From Tubulanus polymorphus (taxonomy: Eukaryota > Animalia > Nemertea): 64,000 nt of DNA. The stretch covers positions 7,835,950 to 7,899,949 of the forward strand of contig NC_134026.1 in the NCBI RefSeq assembly GCF_964204645.1, read 5' to 3'. The position numbers were made by a program, and so were the translations under genes. Positions 37,882-50,647 of this stretch are shown in pieces; positions within the stretch are counted from its first letter, which is position 1; each line of letters begins with the position of its first letter. The notes beneath the pieces are model-generated. The model was not told where the DNA came from, searched no databases, and was given only the letters and a program-made list of their open reading frames with translations.

Positions 37882-38289
37882 CAGAAGGTGCCAGGTCTGA
37901 ATCTATACTTGAATGTAGAACTGCCCTTTAGAACTCCCGGGTACTTTTCTGTGTATTCATGAGGTTAAATAATGAACTGATGCTATTGTGACCAGTGTTT
38001 TCCCTGTATATAACTGATATCTCCTAACCTGTTAAGATATTTTACCATTTACAATGAATTCTTGTACAACAGATGTTTATATTCAATTTAGTTTACATGT
38101 TACGCAATAATAAACTTTCACCAATCCGAGTAAATTGTGTCAGACTTCTGAAAACTTCCTTTCATTCGCTATAAACAAAAAATCTAATATAAATGAATTC
38201 TAACAGTGATAAAACTTTTCGTTCTATCTTCGTACGAAAGTTGAATCAATTTTCCAATACACGAGAAGACACGGTTAGTGCCAGAACAT

Positions 38290-38462
38290 TCTCAGACAGT
38301 CAGCACACTCTCAGACAGTCAGTACACTCTCAGACAGTCAGCACACTTTCAGACAGTCAGCACACTCTCAGACAGTCAGCACACTTTCAGGCAGTCAGTA
38401 CACTCTCAGACAGTCAGTACACTCGCAGGCGGCCAGTACACTCTGACAGTCAGTATACTCTC
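38290..38462 (+). repeat. 19-bp VNTR, longest array (about 9 units), ending about 18 bp before the GPCR ATG
   Basis: Direct periodicity of CAGACAGTCAG(T/C)ACACT(C/T)T. Confidence 0.85.
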
Positions 38463-38480
38463 ATTTGATCCTCATGAATC

Positions 38481-39437
38481 ATGAATTTAAGTCAGACGCC
38501 TAATGGCCGATCCTATGGCAGTAATATTTTGATCATGTCTCTGGCGAACAGGTCCGGAATCTACCGTACTGTGTCACTCGGAATTCTGTCTGTTTTGCTC
38601 GTCTTGGGAGCCTTCGGAAATTCAGCTACTTTCCTGATCATGATAAGTTTCAGATTCCGTAGTTTATCCTACGCTAACTATCTTATCGTTTTGTCTATCA
38701 GTGATTTTTTCATTTGTATCCATTTTACACTGATTCCTGTTTTACAGTTTGTTCTTTTGCATTCGAAAACAGGTCCAATAATCTTAGCGAATTCACTGAT
38801 CAGTTGTCAAATCTATGAAATTATAATGGGGCTTGCAGCCTGCACTAGTTCGTGGTTTATAGTAGCAATATCTCTAGAACGTGCGGCAGTTGTGCTCTTC
38901 CCGTTCACATCTCGTTTGATATGTACACCGAGATTTGCCAGATTTGCTACACTGATAATTACTGCAATAAATGTACTGGTTATACTTCTTCTTCCCAATT
39001 TGTTAAAACGTTCTCCCGATCAGTCTTTCGGATGTTACTACGAATTGATTGGCCAAATTAGATATTTCACTATATTCGTCACCTATGTTTATATAATACC
39101 TTTAAATCTGATAATTACGGCAAATACTGTTATAACAGTTCAGTTATTCAGAGGTTCAAAAATGGTTTCGTCTGATCAGAAAACTACAAAATCAAAACGT
39201 ACAACAATAATGCTTGTAACAGTTTCACTCGCATTTGCAATATTTACACTTCCATCCACTATTACAGTATTTTTACCAATCACACCGAAACAGAGTGTAT
39301 TTCTATATGACATTTATAATCAATTTCAAGTTTGTAATTATGCCACTAACTTTTACACATATCTTTTACTGGGACGAGAAATTCGTCAATACTTCTGTAT
39401 GAAAATCCGCTGTAGAAATTCAAATGTAGTCAAATAA
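38481..39437 (+). CDS. Orphan class A GPCR, cluster copy 4, 318 aa
   Basis: Full 7TM ORF; TM7 variant NYATNFYTY. Confidence 0.92.
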   Translation: MNLSQTPNGRSYGSNILIMSLANRSGIYRTVSLGILSVLLVLGAFGNSATFLIMISFRFRSLSYANYLIVLSISDFFICIHFTLIPVLQFVLLHSKTGPIILANSLISCQIYEIIMGLAACTSSWFIVAISLERAAVVLFPFTSRLICTPRFARFATLIITAINVLVILLLPNLLKRSPDQSFGCYYELIGQIRYFTIFVTYVYIIPLNLIITANTVITVQLFRGSKMVSSDQKTTKSKRTTIMLVTVSLAFAIFTLPSTITVFLPITPKQSVFLYDIYNQFQVCNYATNFYTYLLLGREIRQYFCMKIRCRNSNVVK

Positions 39438-39944
39438 CCAATGATATGAAGTTTGATTCGATCTGCGGGTCCTTGTTTTCCCTTAACTACAATAGACTCC
39501 TTTTCAAATCCATCACTTTTCTCGAAGTAAACTTCTAGTAATTCGCTAAGATATATAACTGACTTGTCTGTGTTTTGTCCTCCAGCGCAGGCAAATCTTT
39601 GCAATATTACAAGTAGATGCTTGTAACATTAATGTTTCTTATAACATTCGTAATCTAGGCGGCATTGCGTATTGTAATTAAGTCAATTTGGAGCGGAGCG
39701 GAGCAGAGCGAAGCGACGCGACCAATTGATTTAATACAATATGCTTTTAAAATTAAAATTATTAATATTTTAGAATAAATATTAATAATTTAAAATTATT
39801 AATATTTTAGAATAAATATTAATAATTTTAATATAGAATACACACGGCTATGAAAATATATTATAATTTTAAATTACTTTTAATATTTGCTTTTTAATGA
39901 GCTCAACCGTTCGACCTTTGGTATAGAACGACATATATACAATT

Positions 39945-40198
<254 letters not shown>

Positions 40199-40785
40199 GG
40201 ATTTTAATAAAAATGGGAACACGTGTACAGTGGTGTATATTTGGATAGATCAGAGAGCTGCCCTTGAGAACTCCTGGCTACTGTTCTGTCGTTCTGTGTA
40301 TTCATGTGTGGTGGAATAATGAACTGATGCTATTTGGACCAGTGTTTTCCCTGTTTAGAACTGATAACATTTTCAAACCCGTTCAACTTTTTTACTAAAA
40401 TCGATTTCCCCTTTTACAGTGAATACTTACGTGTAAAATGAATAGTTATATTTAATTCTACATTTATATTTTCACACCATATTTCACAAATCTTATTAGA
40501 TTGTGTCAGATAATTTATTTTCTGTTCACTGTTCACAATATCAATATCATCTTCAGTAGACACACCCAGATGGTCAATACAGTCAGCAAACTCTCAGAGA
40601 GTCAGAACATTGCGAATTTTATCGCAGCGATTATTCTCGCACAGTGTGTCCCGTGAGATGCGAATTTCGCCGCGAACCACTCGAAATCGAACCAGTCAAT
40701 GACGAGCAACAACAACAACAATTTCGAAATTTGCCGCGAATAAATTCGCAGTGAAAATCGCATAGTGTGTTCAGGGATCTGCATC

Positions 40786-41742
40786 ATGAATTCAACTCAG
40801 ATGCAAATCGGTCGAACTTTCATAAGTTACATCGTTCTCATGTCCGTGGGGAACAGGTCTGGAATCTACCTCACTGTATCGTTGGTCATTCTGCCTACCG
40901 TGTTCCTCTTTGGAGCCTACGGAAATTCAGCTACTTTCCTGATAATGATAAGTCGCAGATTCCGCAGTTTATCTTACGCTAACTATCTTATCATTTTGTC
41001 TTTCTGTGATTCCATGTATTGCATCAACGTAACACTGATGCCTGTTTTACAGTTTGTTCTCTTGCGCGTCAAAGGAAGTCCTATATTCATCATGAGTTCA
41101 CAGATCAGTTGTCAAATATATGAATTTGTAATGGACCTTGCAGCCTGCAATAGTGCGTGGTTAATAGTAGCAATATCTCTAGAACGTGCGGCAGTTGTGC
41201 TCTTTCCGTTCACATCTCGTTTGATATGTACACCGAGATTTGCTAGATTTGCAATATTGATAATCATTGCAATGAATGCACTGGTTCTATATCTTCTACC
41301 TACTATTTCAATATACTTTAAGGATCCATCGTTCGGATGTTACTTCGAATTAATTGATCAAATTACATATTTTTCCATATTTGTCATCTATGCGTATAGT
41401 TTTCCGTTATCTTTGATAATCACATCAAATTCTGTTATAATAATTCAGTTATTTAGAGGCTCAAAATTAGTTCCGTCTGACCAGAAAACTACAAAATCAA
41501 AACGTACAACAATAATGCTTGTAACAGTTTCACTTGCATTTGCGATGTTTACACTTCCAAACACTATTACTACATTTTTACCAGTCGCACCAGAACAGAG
41601 AGATTTTTTATATGATGTTTTCTCTAACTTTCACGTTTGTAACTATGCGGTAAATTTCTACATATATCTATTACTGGGGCGAGAAATTCGTGAATATTTC
41701 TGTATGAAAATCCGTTGTAGAAATTCACGTAGACAACTTTAA
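40786..41742 (+). CDS. Orphan class A GPCR, cluster copy 5, 318 aa
   Basis: Full 7TM ORF from MNSTQMQ (the ORF-track start is GTG, 21 bp upstream). Confidence 0.92.
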   Translation: MNSTQMQIGRTFISYIVLMSVGNRSGIYLTVSLVILPTVFLFGAYGNSATFLIMISRRFRSLSYANYLIILSFCDSMYCINVTLMPVLQFVLLRVKGSPIFIMSSQISCQIYEFVMDLAACNSAWLIVAISLERAAVVLFPFTSRLICTPRFARFAILIIIAMNALVLYLLPTISIYFKDPSFGCYFELIDQITYFSIFVIYAYSFPLSLIITSNSVIIIQLFRGSKLVPSDQKTTKSKRTTIMLVTVSLAFAMFTLPNTITTFLPVAPEQRDFLYDVFSNFHVCNYAVNFYIYLLLGREIREYFCMKIRCRNSRRQL

Positions 41743-41744
41743 AA

Positions 41745-42392
41745 GCGTTTAATATAGGATGATTGTCCCTTTAATCTTTTGGTTGATTGATTTAGTTTGT
41801 TCCATCACTCATAAACCTTCACTCCTGGATTGAAGCACTGATATTCTGGCAAACAAGATAGAGATTTTACTAGGCTGTAAAGGGCCTGGTGGGTTGGTTT
41901 GATTCCAAAGCGCAAATAAGATAAAGAACCAACGCGTGGGTGAGAGACGATCGATTCTTTAAGGTTTTGTTCATTTATTTCACAGAAAGGAACATACATA
42001 TATAATAATATATACATTGCAGGCCGGAAAAAGGTGTTAGACATTCATTGCGTAGATATAGGTACTAACTTTTGGATTTGACAAGTTCTTCAAAACTGGC
42101 CACTCAATGTGGGAGTACACCTGCTCTTTTCATATTTGGCAAGTCCTTCAAAATTGGCCTGTGGATCCACCCCACAAAACATCTTATGGACATCTTCATC
42201 GCCAAGAGGTGCTTCAAAAAAATGATTTTCGGTGAAAATCTCTTCGGAATTATCTATGATTGGAACTGAAAGAATCAAAAGTATATTTTTAGGAAGCACT
42301 AATAGGAGACAGTTATTCGGGTAATAAAATATCCCCCTCATGTTGTTATCTAAATCAACAGTCTGAATGTTGCTAAAACTGTCGAAATCCAT
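41745..42392 (-). pseudogene. Decayed exon(s) of an unidentified gene, antisense between GPCR copies
   Basis: Acceptor-like ttgttttag precedes a coding-like stretch (...FFEAPLGDEDVHKMFCGVDPQANFEGLAKYEK...). A second stretch reads ...HQALYSLVKSLSCLPEYQCF... Paralogs at about 60030-60692, with diverged homologs at 2035-2250, 5527-5740 and 27815-28030. Confidence 0.45.
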
Positions 42393-42817
42393 CTAAAACA
42401 ATGAAATATGATTAAAAAAGCATAATAATAATAACAATAATGATTATCTTTAGTCTTCATAGGAATTGAAACAATTCATTCAACATAATATGCATGCATA
42501 GATATAAAAACAAGTATAAAAATGTGTCGATATGAAATGAAGAAACCCAGTAAAGCAAATGCTTGTAGGTCTGGACACCCACACTACACACACTAATTAG
42601 TCGCAAACATTCACAGATCCACACGCAAGATATAGTATAGTAAACATGGCTGAAAATTCAGTATTCCAAGAGTTCATTGCTTTTAAATGACTGTTTGAAG
42701 GAATTAAGTGACTTTTTTATTTAAGGTTGCTATTGGAATTTTGCCACTAAGCATCACGAATAATTTCTAAAAAGAGAAAAAATCAATGGATCAGAGGGCT
42801 GCGCTTGAGAACTCCTG

Positions 42818-42943
42818 GGGCCGGTTGCACAGTCCAAAAGTGGTCTTTAATCTTAAGACTGGTCTTAAGTTGTTAGATTAGCTATAGAACTAAGTTGGTC
42901 TTAGACTGGTCTTAAGTCTAAGCCGTGACTGTGCAACAGGCCC
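42818..42943. mobile_element. PIF/Harbinger-like MITE, 126 bp, CTG TSD, inserted in the GPCR upstream module
   Basis: CTG-gggccggttgcacagtc ... gactgtgcaacaggccc-CTG; empty site ctcctggcta at about 40271 and 58542. Confidence 0.88.
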
Positions 42944-43434
42944 CTGGCTGCTGTTCTGTCGTTCTGTGTATTCATGTGTGGTTGAATAATGAACTGATGC
43001 TATTTTGACGAGTGTTTTCCCTGTTTAGAACTGATAATATTTTCAAACCCATTCAGATGTTTTACTAAAATCGATTTCCCCTTTTACAGTGAATACGTAC
43101 GTGTGAAATGAATAGTTATATTTAATTCTACATTTATATTTCACACCATATTTCACAAATCTTATTAGATTGTGTCAGATAATTTATTTTCTGTTCACTA
43201 TTCACAATATCATCTTCAGCAGACACACCCAGATGGTCAATTACAGTCAGCAAACTCTCAGAGAGTCAGAGCAATGCGAATATTTTCGCACAGTGTGTCC
43301 CGTGAGATGCGAATTTCGCCGTGAACCACTCGAAATCGAACCAGTCAATGACGAGCAACAACAACAACAATTTCGAAATTCGCCGCGAATAAATTCGCAG
43401 TGAAAATCGCATAGTGTGTTCAGGGATCTGCATC

Positions 43435-44391
43435 ATGAATTCAACTCAGATGCAAATCGGTCGAACTTTCGTAAGTAACATCGTTCTCATGTCCGTGGGG
43501 AACAGGTCTGGAATCTACCTCACTGTATCGTTGGTCATTCTGCCTACCGTGTTCCTCTTTGGAGCCTGCGGAAATTCAGCTACTTTCCTGATAATGATAA
43601 GTCGCAGATTCCGCAGTTTATCTTACGCTAACTATCTTATCATTTTGTCTCTCTGTGATTCCATGTTCTGCATCAACGTTACACTGATGCCTGTTTTACA
43701 GTTTGTTCTCTTGCGCGTCAATGGTAGTCCTATATTCATCATGAATTCACTGATCAGTTGTCAAATATTCGAATTTGTAGTTGCACTTTCATGCTGCAGT
43801 AGTGCGTGGTTAATAGTAGCAATCTCTCTAGAACGTGCGGCAGTTGTGCTGTTCCCGTTCACATCTCGTTTGATATGTACACCGAGATTTGCTAGATTTG
43901 CAGTATTGATAATCATTGCAATGAATGCACTGGTTCTATATTTTCTACCTACTATTTCAATATACTTTAAGGATCCATCGTTCGGATGTTACTTCCAATT
44001 AATTGATCAAATTACATATTTTTCCATATTTGTCATCTATGCGTATAGTTTTCCGTTATCTGTGATAATAACATCAAATGCTATTATAATAATTCAGTTA
44101 TTTAGAGGCTCAAAATTAGTTCCGTCTGATCAGAAAACTACAAAATCAAAACGTACAACAATAATGCTTGTAACAGTTTCACTTGCATTTGCAATGTTTA
44201 CACTTCCAAACACTATTACTACATTTTTACCAGTCGCACCAGAACAGAGAGATTTTTTATATGATGTTTTCTTCAACTTTTACGTTTGTAACTATGCGGT
44301 AAATTTCTACATATATCTTTTACTGGGACGAGAAATTCGTGAATATTTCTGTATGAAAATCCGCTGTAGAAATTCGAATGTAGTCAAATAA
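43435..44391 (+). CDS. Orphan class A GPCR, cluster copy 6, 318 aa
   Basis: Full 7TM ORF; body like copies 5 and 10, C-terminus and 3' flank like copy 4. Confidence 0.92.
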   Translation: MNSTQMQIGRTFVSNIVLMSVGNRSGIYLTVSLVILPTVFLFGACGNSATFLIMISRRFRSLSYANYLIILSLCDSMFCINVTLMPVLQFVLLRVNGSPIFIMNSLISCQIFEFVVALSCCSSAWLIVAISLERAAVVLFPFTSRLICTPRFARFAVLIIIAMNALVLYFLPTISIYFKDPSFGCYFQLIDQITYFSIFVIYAYSFPLSVIITSNAIIIIQLFRGSKLVPSDQKTTKSKRTTIMLVTVSLAFAMFTLPNTITTFLPVAPEQRDFLYDVFFNFYVCNYAVNFYIYLLLGREIREYFCMKIRCRNSNVVK

Positions 44392-45447
44392 CCAGTGATA
44401 TGAAGTTTTGAAGTTTGATTCGATCTGCGGGTCCTTGTCTTCCCTTAACTACAATACACTCCTTTTCAAATCCATCACTTTTCTGGAAGTAATTTCCCCT
44501 AAAATGTAACATTTTTGTGGAAATTGTCTCCATTCGGAATTAATTAACAACTGCCTTTGAAAACTCCTAGTAATTCGCTAAGATTATAAAACTGAATTGT
44601 CTGTGTTTTCTCCTCCAGCGCAGACAAATCTTATTAGATACAATTTCCTTGCATCTTTTTATTTATTTGTTTAATTTTCTACACAAATATAAATGGCAAT
44701 GAATTCTTTGGTTCTTTTGAATTAACACTGTAAACTTATCCAACTTTATTGCTTCATTAAAAGTCTTCATTCAATAAACGAAAATGACAAGTTGCATCGA
44801 GTTTTCAGTTGTTTCAATTTATTCATTATCTATTCAGAAACTTGTCGAATACTTATACCGTAGAAAACGCAAATTACTAAAAATGACTTAAGTTTTTCGA
44901 ACGCTTTTAACTCCATATATTGAACAGATCAATAATGCTATAGGCAATGCGTAGATGTACGGAGCCCGTGAGTTGACGTATTGAGCAATGAATATTTTTT
45001 TCGTGGGAACGAAATAATCGTCAGTAGAATATGTATATACTACATTGGCCGTTTGCCCTGTAACCAAATCTTTATCAATCTATCGACCTGAATGGATTGC
45101 AGTCACTAGGCTACCTCACTCCCTTACTGTTTCAAAACATATTTCAAAGTTGGATAATTTTTCAAGAAATAACAGCTAATCTGAAACACTGAGAAATTGA
45201 ACTTTACATTGGGCTTCTCCTAATGTGTAATCCGAAAGTGATAAAAAAGAACGAAAACAGCCAAATCAATGGTCCTGTGTCGTGATTGACAGGAACGCTT
45301 GTGTCCCGGAACTGCCCTGGCTACACTGTCGTGTATATCTTTGTTGTTCAATCTTGGTGTAATCAGACTGATTACTCCAAGGTTCCATGACGACTGCTGC
45401 TGTGAACCCCTGGCTGCTGTCCTGTATATGGATGTGGTTCGATAGTG

Positions 45448-45880
45448 AACTGCCCCTGAGAACTCCTGTCTACTGTCCTGTGTATTTTTGTGATTTAATA
45501 TAAGGGAACTGCCCTTGAGAACTCCTGTCTACTGTCCTGTGTATTTTTGTGATTTAATATAAGGGAACTGCCCTTGAGAACTCCCGTCTACTGTCCTGTG
45601 TATTTTTGTGATTTGATATAAGGGAACTGCCCTTGAGAACTCCCGTCTACTGTCCTGTGTATTTTTGTGATTTAATATAAGGGAACTGCCCTTGAGAACT
45701 CCCGTCTACTGTCCTGTGTATTTTTGTAATTTAATATAAGGGAACTGCCCTTGAGAACTCCTGTCTACTGTCCTGTGTATTTTTGTGATTTAATATAAGG
45801 GAACTGCCCTTGAGAACTCCTGTCTACTGTCCTGTGTATTTTTGTGATTTAATATAAGGGAACTGCCCTTGAGAACTTCT
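45448..45880 (+). repeat. 59-bp tandem repeat (about 7 units) derived from the start of the GPCR upstream module
   Basis: Unit gggaactgcccttgagaactcctgtctactgtcctgtgtatttttgtgatttaatataa; single-copy homologs at about 37918, 40257, 51016 and 58528. Confidence 0.9.
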
Positions 45881-48829
45881 AGCCCCTGCGTGATTTCTTT
45901 TACCTGTGTTTCCCTGTATAAAACTGATAGACATTTTCTAACCTGTTCAGATGTTTTATTTTAAGATATTTCACCATTTACTATGAATTCTCGTACAACG
46001 AATATCCATACTTAATCTAGACGTATCGGTCTCACTCCGCGCGGTTGCGCCACCGCGCGGGATTTACGCGGAGCAGCAGAACACGAACACGGCCACTCTC
46101 TCAATTTTCAATGATAGAAATCGTGTGTGCATTTCAATTATTTCGGCTGTTAGGGTTTTAAGGCACAATATAAGTTGATGATGTGATATGACGATGTTAA
46201 TTAATGATAATTCCGCAGTGAAGCTAGTCACGTACGGTGCCGATTGAGTGTACAGCTGCCAAAAACACTGAAATGTGCGTAGTTGCGTAACTATTTGCAG
46301 TGAATTGCAGACGAAACATGAAGCCTTAACGAGATAGAACCTAAGTTAAAATTCTGGCCATTTCTAAAATGTTACTACTATTTTTAGTCAGTGCCGAACG
46401 TTTAGTTTTCCAACAATAATGAGGGGTGGTAGGTATTAATGCAATTAGAGTCATCATTTATTACACGTTACTTCCGTGTTGTTGAAAATCTCGCGAGTCC
46501 TGGACTAAACCCCAATGAACAATGTGATCTGTGTGCTGGCCACAAATGCACACAGATCACACTACACTACCCATTTACACACTACAGTACCCACAGCTTT
46601 CATACATCCATCCAACTATTTAGTGGCTTTCTTCCTGGATACATTTATATTTTACACAATGATACTTAAAGTTTCACACAAACTGAGAAAATTGTATGAA
46701 ATTTCTGAGAATTGATTTTGTATTTGCTGTCAACAATAAATCTTACATATGAATTGTAGTTTTAACGAACACTATAGTGATCTTAGTACCAACGTTAGAT
46801 TAATTTTCCGAAACGCGAGAAGACACGGTCAGTTCCAAAACATATTCGGACCGTCAGTTACACTCGCATTATGTATTATACTGGTGTGTCCAGGGGGTTT
46901 TTTGACGCCTCATAAAACGTTACCATTATGAAACCTAAACAATGATAACCATTCAGCGTCATTTTACAAACGTCAACCGTAAATCGATGTGCAAAACGTC
47001 ACAGGTTTATGTGTACACATACAAGCTATTTGGCAAAATATTATTGATAAAGATGTAGAATGGCTCCCTGGGATTATATAATGACCTCTATTTGAACGTT
47101 GAAATGTTATATCGCATTGAATATCATGAGAAGACGTATTGTAATAGTAAAGGATGTATGATTATATCAGGGGCGGCAGGGATAAATAGAAATGATAAGT
47201 AAATCGGATTATTCGGTTAAATGGCGGATGTATACACGATTTGGAAGTCTGATATAAAATTCAGACCCTGACATGGGGATGCTAGTGGAATGACGAAGCT
47301 ATCTACGATCTGAGTTGGGCCGGCGTAAATTTCATCGGCGGCTACAAGCGGTCTATATAAAAACGTGTAAACATGTAATTTCAATATTCAAATGTTTTAG
47401 AAAATATGTTCGATATTAGACGTATGCAGGTTTCATGAGATTAGCAATTTATAATAGCATAGCTGTCATATACGGCTCCGCGTCCACTGATGGCATGTGT
47501 ATAAGGTGACAATTAAATTCAATACTTTATTGATCCTTATTACATTGAAATTCCGGGATAAAATTCCAAAAATCAATACATTTACAAATTTTAAAATAAG
47601 AAATTACAAGACACACGGGTAATTCATACAGAATAACATGAATAAGTTAATTATATGACATTGTCTACTTCAACCCAGACTCAAGTCTAGGATATCAAGT
47701 GACAGCCAGACCGGGCCCCAGGACCGGGCTGGCTGGCTACACGATATGCTCAAAGTCATGATGAAGCAGACATCAGAAGAGCTCTTTCTTCAACCATGGA
47801 GGCAATGAAGTTGCAGACCAGCTTAGAGGCAAAAGTGAATCGAAGTCACAAGTTGACAATTTTTTTTTTAATTAGACCAGTCGAAGACTGTATCATCTAC
47901 CCAATCGCCAAATCTCATAATTCCCGAAATTTCTTAAAACTTCGATTTCAAATTTGCAATTCCACATTAGCTTATACCAGAAATTCTACATTTTTTCGCA
48001 GGCGTCAAATAATTTATTAAAGTTAATTTTCTTGTTATCGACTAGTTAGGGAGGATTAAATAGAAATAGAATTCAGGTAGTAGTTGAGTTGCCTTTTGCT
48101 CAGCAAAGTTGCACAGGAAATTACCATTTCACAAATTGTTGGCAACATGATGCCAGCCATGTTTCCATTCGACCTGACCGAACAACAATCTCCCTAGCTT
48201 CATCAGTCACTACACAGTTCAGAGGGACTGCAGTTGCTCAACAGTTGGTTAGAGTAAAGCACTGAACATTTGACATTGTGACAATTTAAAGTCCATTGCT
48301 ACCACGGTATTTATCAGTGGCCGCTGTCTCCGACTCAAAACTGAATTGTTATGATGTTCACCAAAAAAGTTGTCGCGATAAATTCACGAAGAAGTACATT
48401 TTCGATCAATCATTCAATTAAAAATTACTAAATTGTATCAATTTGATTTTTTCTGGTCTTGAACAACGGTATCTGAGATGGTAATCCAGCCCATTGATCC
48501 ACTGGTCGGGAGTGTGATTGTCCTGTTTACGAATTCAATGCGATATCATTCTGACCTCACTTAACACGAATTGAACTTATGCAAACATTGTCAAACCTGT
48601 TCAGATGTTTTACTATTCGATATTTCACTATTTGAAATGAATTCTTGTAAAACGAATATTGATATTTAATTCTGTTACACTTCAATTTTTTGTTATTGAG
48701 TTTATTGTGTGAGGTTTCTGGGAATTGATTTTTTTATTTGATGCGAACAATGAATTTTGAGCTTTAATAAATAAAGCATTGTTACCGTGTGTATGGATTT
48801 TAATATGCATCACTCTATCATCGTAAATC

Positions 48830-49768
48830 ATGAATTCAACTCAGATTCAGGTTGGTCGACCTTACAGCAGTTACCTCGTTCTCATGTCTGTAGTGAACAG
48901 TTCTGAAATCTACCGCATCGTTCTGCCTATCGTGTTTCTGTTTGGAACCTTCGGTAATTCAGCTACTTTGCTGATAATGATAAGTCACAGATTCCGCAGT
49001 TTATCTTACGCTAACTACCTCATCGTTTTGTCTCTCAGTGATTCGATATTCTGTATCAATTATACACTGATGCCTGTTTTACAGTCAGTTCTCTTGCGCG
49101 TTAAAGATGGTCCTATATTCTTGATGACTTCGCTGATCAGTTGTAAAATTTATGAGTTTGTGATGACGCTTGCAGTCATCGATAGTTCGTGGTTGATAGT
49201 GGTTATAACTCTAGAACGTGTGGCGGTTGTGCTCTTCCCGTTCACATCTCGTTTGATATGTACACCGAGATTCGCTAGATTTGTTATATTGATAATTATC
49301 GCAGTAAATGCATTGTTTATATACCTCACGCCTGCTTTGTCGATACATTTTCGTGACAAGTTTTTCGGATGTTACTATCAATTATTAGACCAAATAAGAT
49401 ATTTCACCATCATTGTCATTTACATTTACCTTTTACCGTTATCTTTAATCATTACATCAAATTCTGTTATGATAATTCAATTATTCAGAGGTTCAAAAAT
49501 GTTTTCGTCTGATCAGAAAACTACAAAATCAAAACGTACAACAATAATGCTTGTAACTGTTTCACTCGCATTTGCAGTATTTACACTTCCATCCACTGTT
49601 GCTGCATTGGTACCGATCTCTAAAGAAGTCAAAAATGTTCTATATAGCATATTTGCACAGTTTCAAATCTATAACTATGTGGTAAATTTTTACATATATC
49701 TTTTACTGGGACGAGAGATTCGTGAATATTTCTGTATGAAAATCCGCTGTAGAAGTTCAGTCAAATAA
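48830..49768 (+). CDS. Orphan class A GPCR, cluster copy 7, 312 aa
   Basis: Full 7TM ORF; ERV variant; 4-codon deletion at the start of TM1. Confidence 0.9.
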   Translation: MNSTQIQVGRPYSSYLVLMSVVNSSEIYRIVLPIVFLFGTFGNSATLLIMISHRFRSLSYANYLIVLSLSDSIFCINYTLMPVLQSVLLRVKDGPIFLMTSLISCKIYEFVMTLAVIDSSWLIVVITLERVAVVLFPFTSRLICTPRFARFVILIIIAVNALFIYLTPALSIHFRDKFFGCYYQLLDQIRYFTIIVIYIYLLPLSLIITSNSVMIIQLFRGSKMFSSDQKTTKSKRTTIMLVTVSLAFAVFTLPSTVAALVPISKEVKNVLYSIFAQFQIYNYVVNFYIYLLLGREIREYFCMKIRCRSSVK

Positions 49769-49928
49769 CTATTGATTTCAAGTATGTTACATTTCATATA
49801 GGATATTTCACTATTGTACAACGAATATTTGTTTTAAAGCTGTTAACACAAACATTTCGATCTTCCATAAACTTGACAACAGTACTGTGTATCTGGATAT
49901 AAATTGCATCAAATCACAATCGTGAAAC

Positions 49929-50550
49929 ATGATGGATTCAATTCAGATTCAAAATCGGTCGAGGTTATAAGTTACATCATCCTCATGTTTTTGGTGAACA
50001 AGTTTGGAATCTATCGTATGGCCTACTGTATCACTGGTCATTCTGCCCATATCTTGTTTTGTTTGCTCGGTACCTTCAGAAATCCAGCATTTTTCCTGAT
50101 AATGATAAGTCGCAGATTCCGCAATTTATCTTGCCTAACTTTCTTATCGTTTTGTCTCTCAGTGTTTCTTTGCTCTTAACATTTGACGCCTGTTTTACAG
50201 TTTGTTTTCTTCACGTTCCTATATTCATTATGAATTCACTTATCAGTGGTAAACTCGCAGTGAGCAACAGTTCGTGGTTAATAGTAGTAATATCGCTAGA
50301 ACGGGCGGTAGTTTTGCTCTTCCCGTTCACATCTCGTTTGTCGCTAGATTTGCCATATTGATAATTATTGCACTCTTCTTCCAACTGTGTCGTTACATTT
50401 TTCCGACAAGTTTTTCGGATCTTACTACAAATTATTAAGATTTCTTACTCCACTCGCGATAGTTCGTGGTTAAGTAGGACTGCAGAACGTGCGACAGTAA
50501 GTGCTCTTCGTGAATATTTCTGTATGAAAATCCGCCGTAGAAATTCAATT
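49929..50550 (+). pseudogene. GPCR cluster pseudogene with frameshifts and large internal deletions
   Basis: Recognisable pieces FLIMISRRFRNLS, SSWLIVVISLERAVVLLFPFTSRL and REYFCMKIRRRNS in different frames. Confidence 0.88.
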
Positions 50551-50647
50551 TCAGGTTTGGTTCATTATGCGGGTCCGCCGTAGGCTCCGCTTGTGCCGGA
50601 AGATACGTTAAGATTTTTCCAATTAATTTACGAACTCCATCTATCAC

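Noticed and set aside
45448-45880. Possible CRISPR or repeat-spacer array
   Set aside because: The entire 59-bp unit is repeated with no variable spacer.
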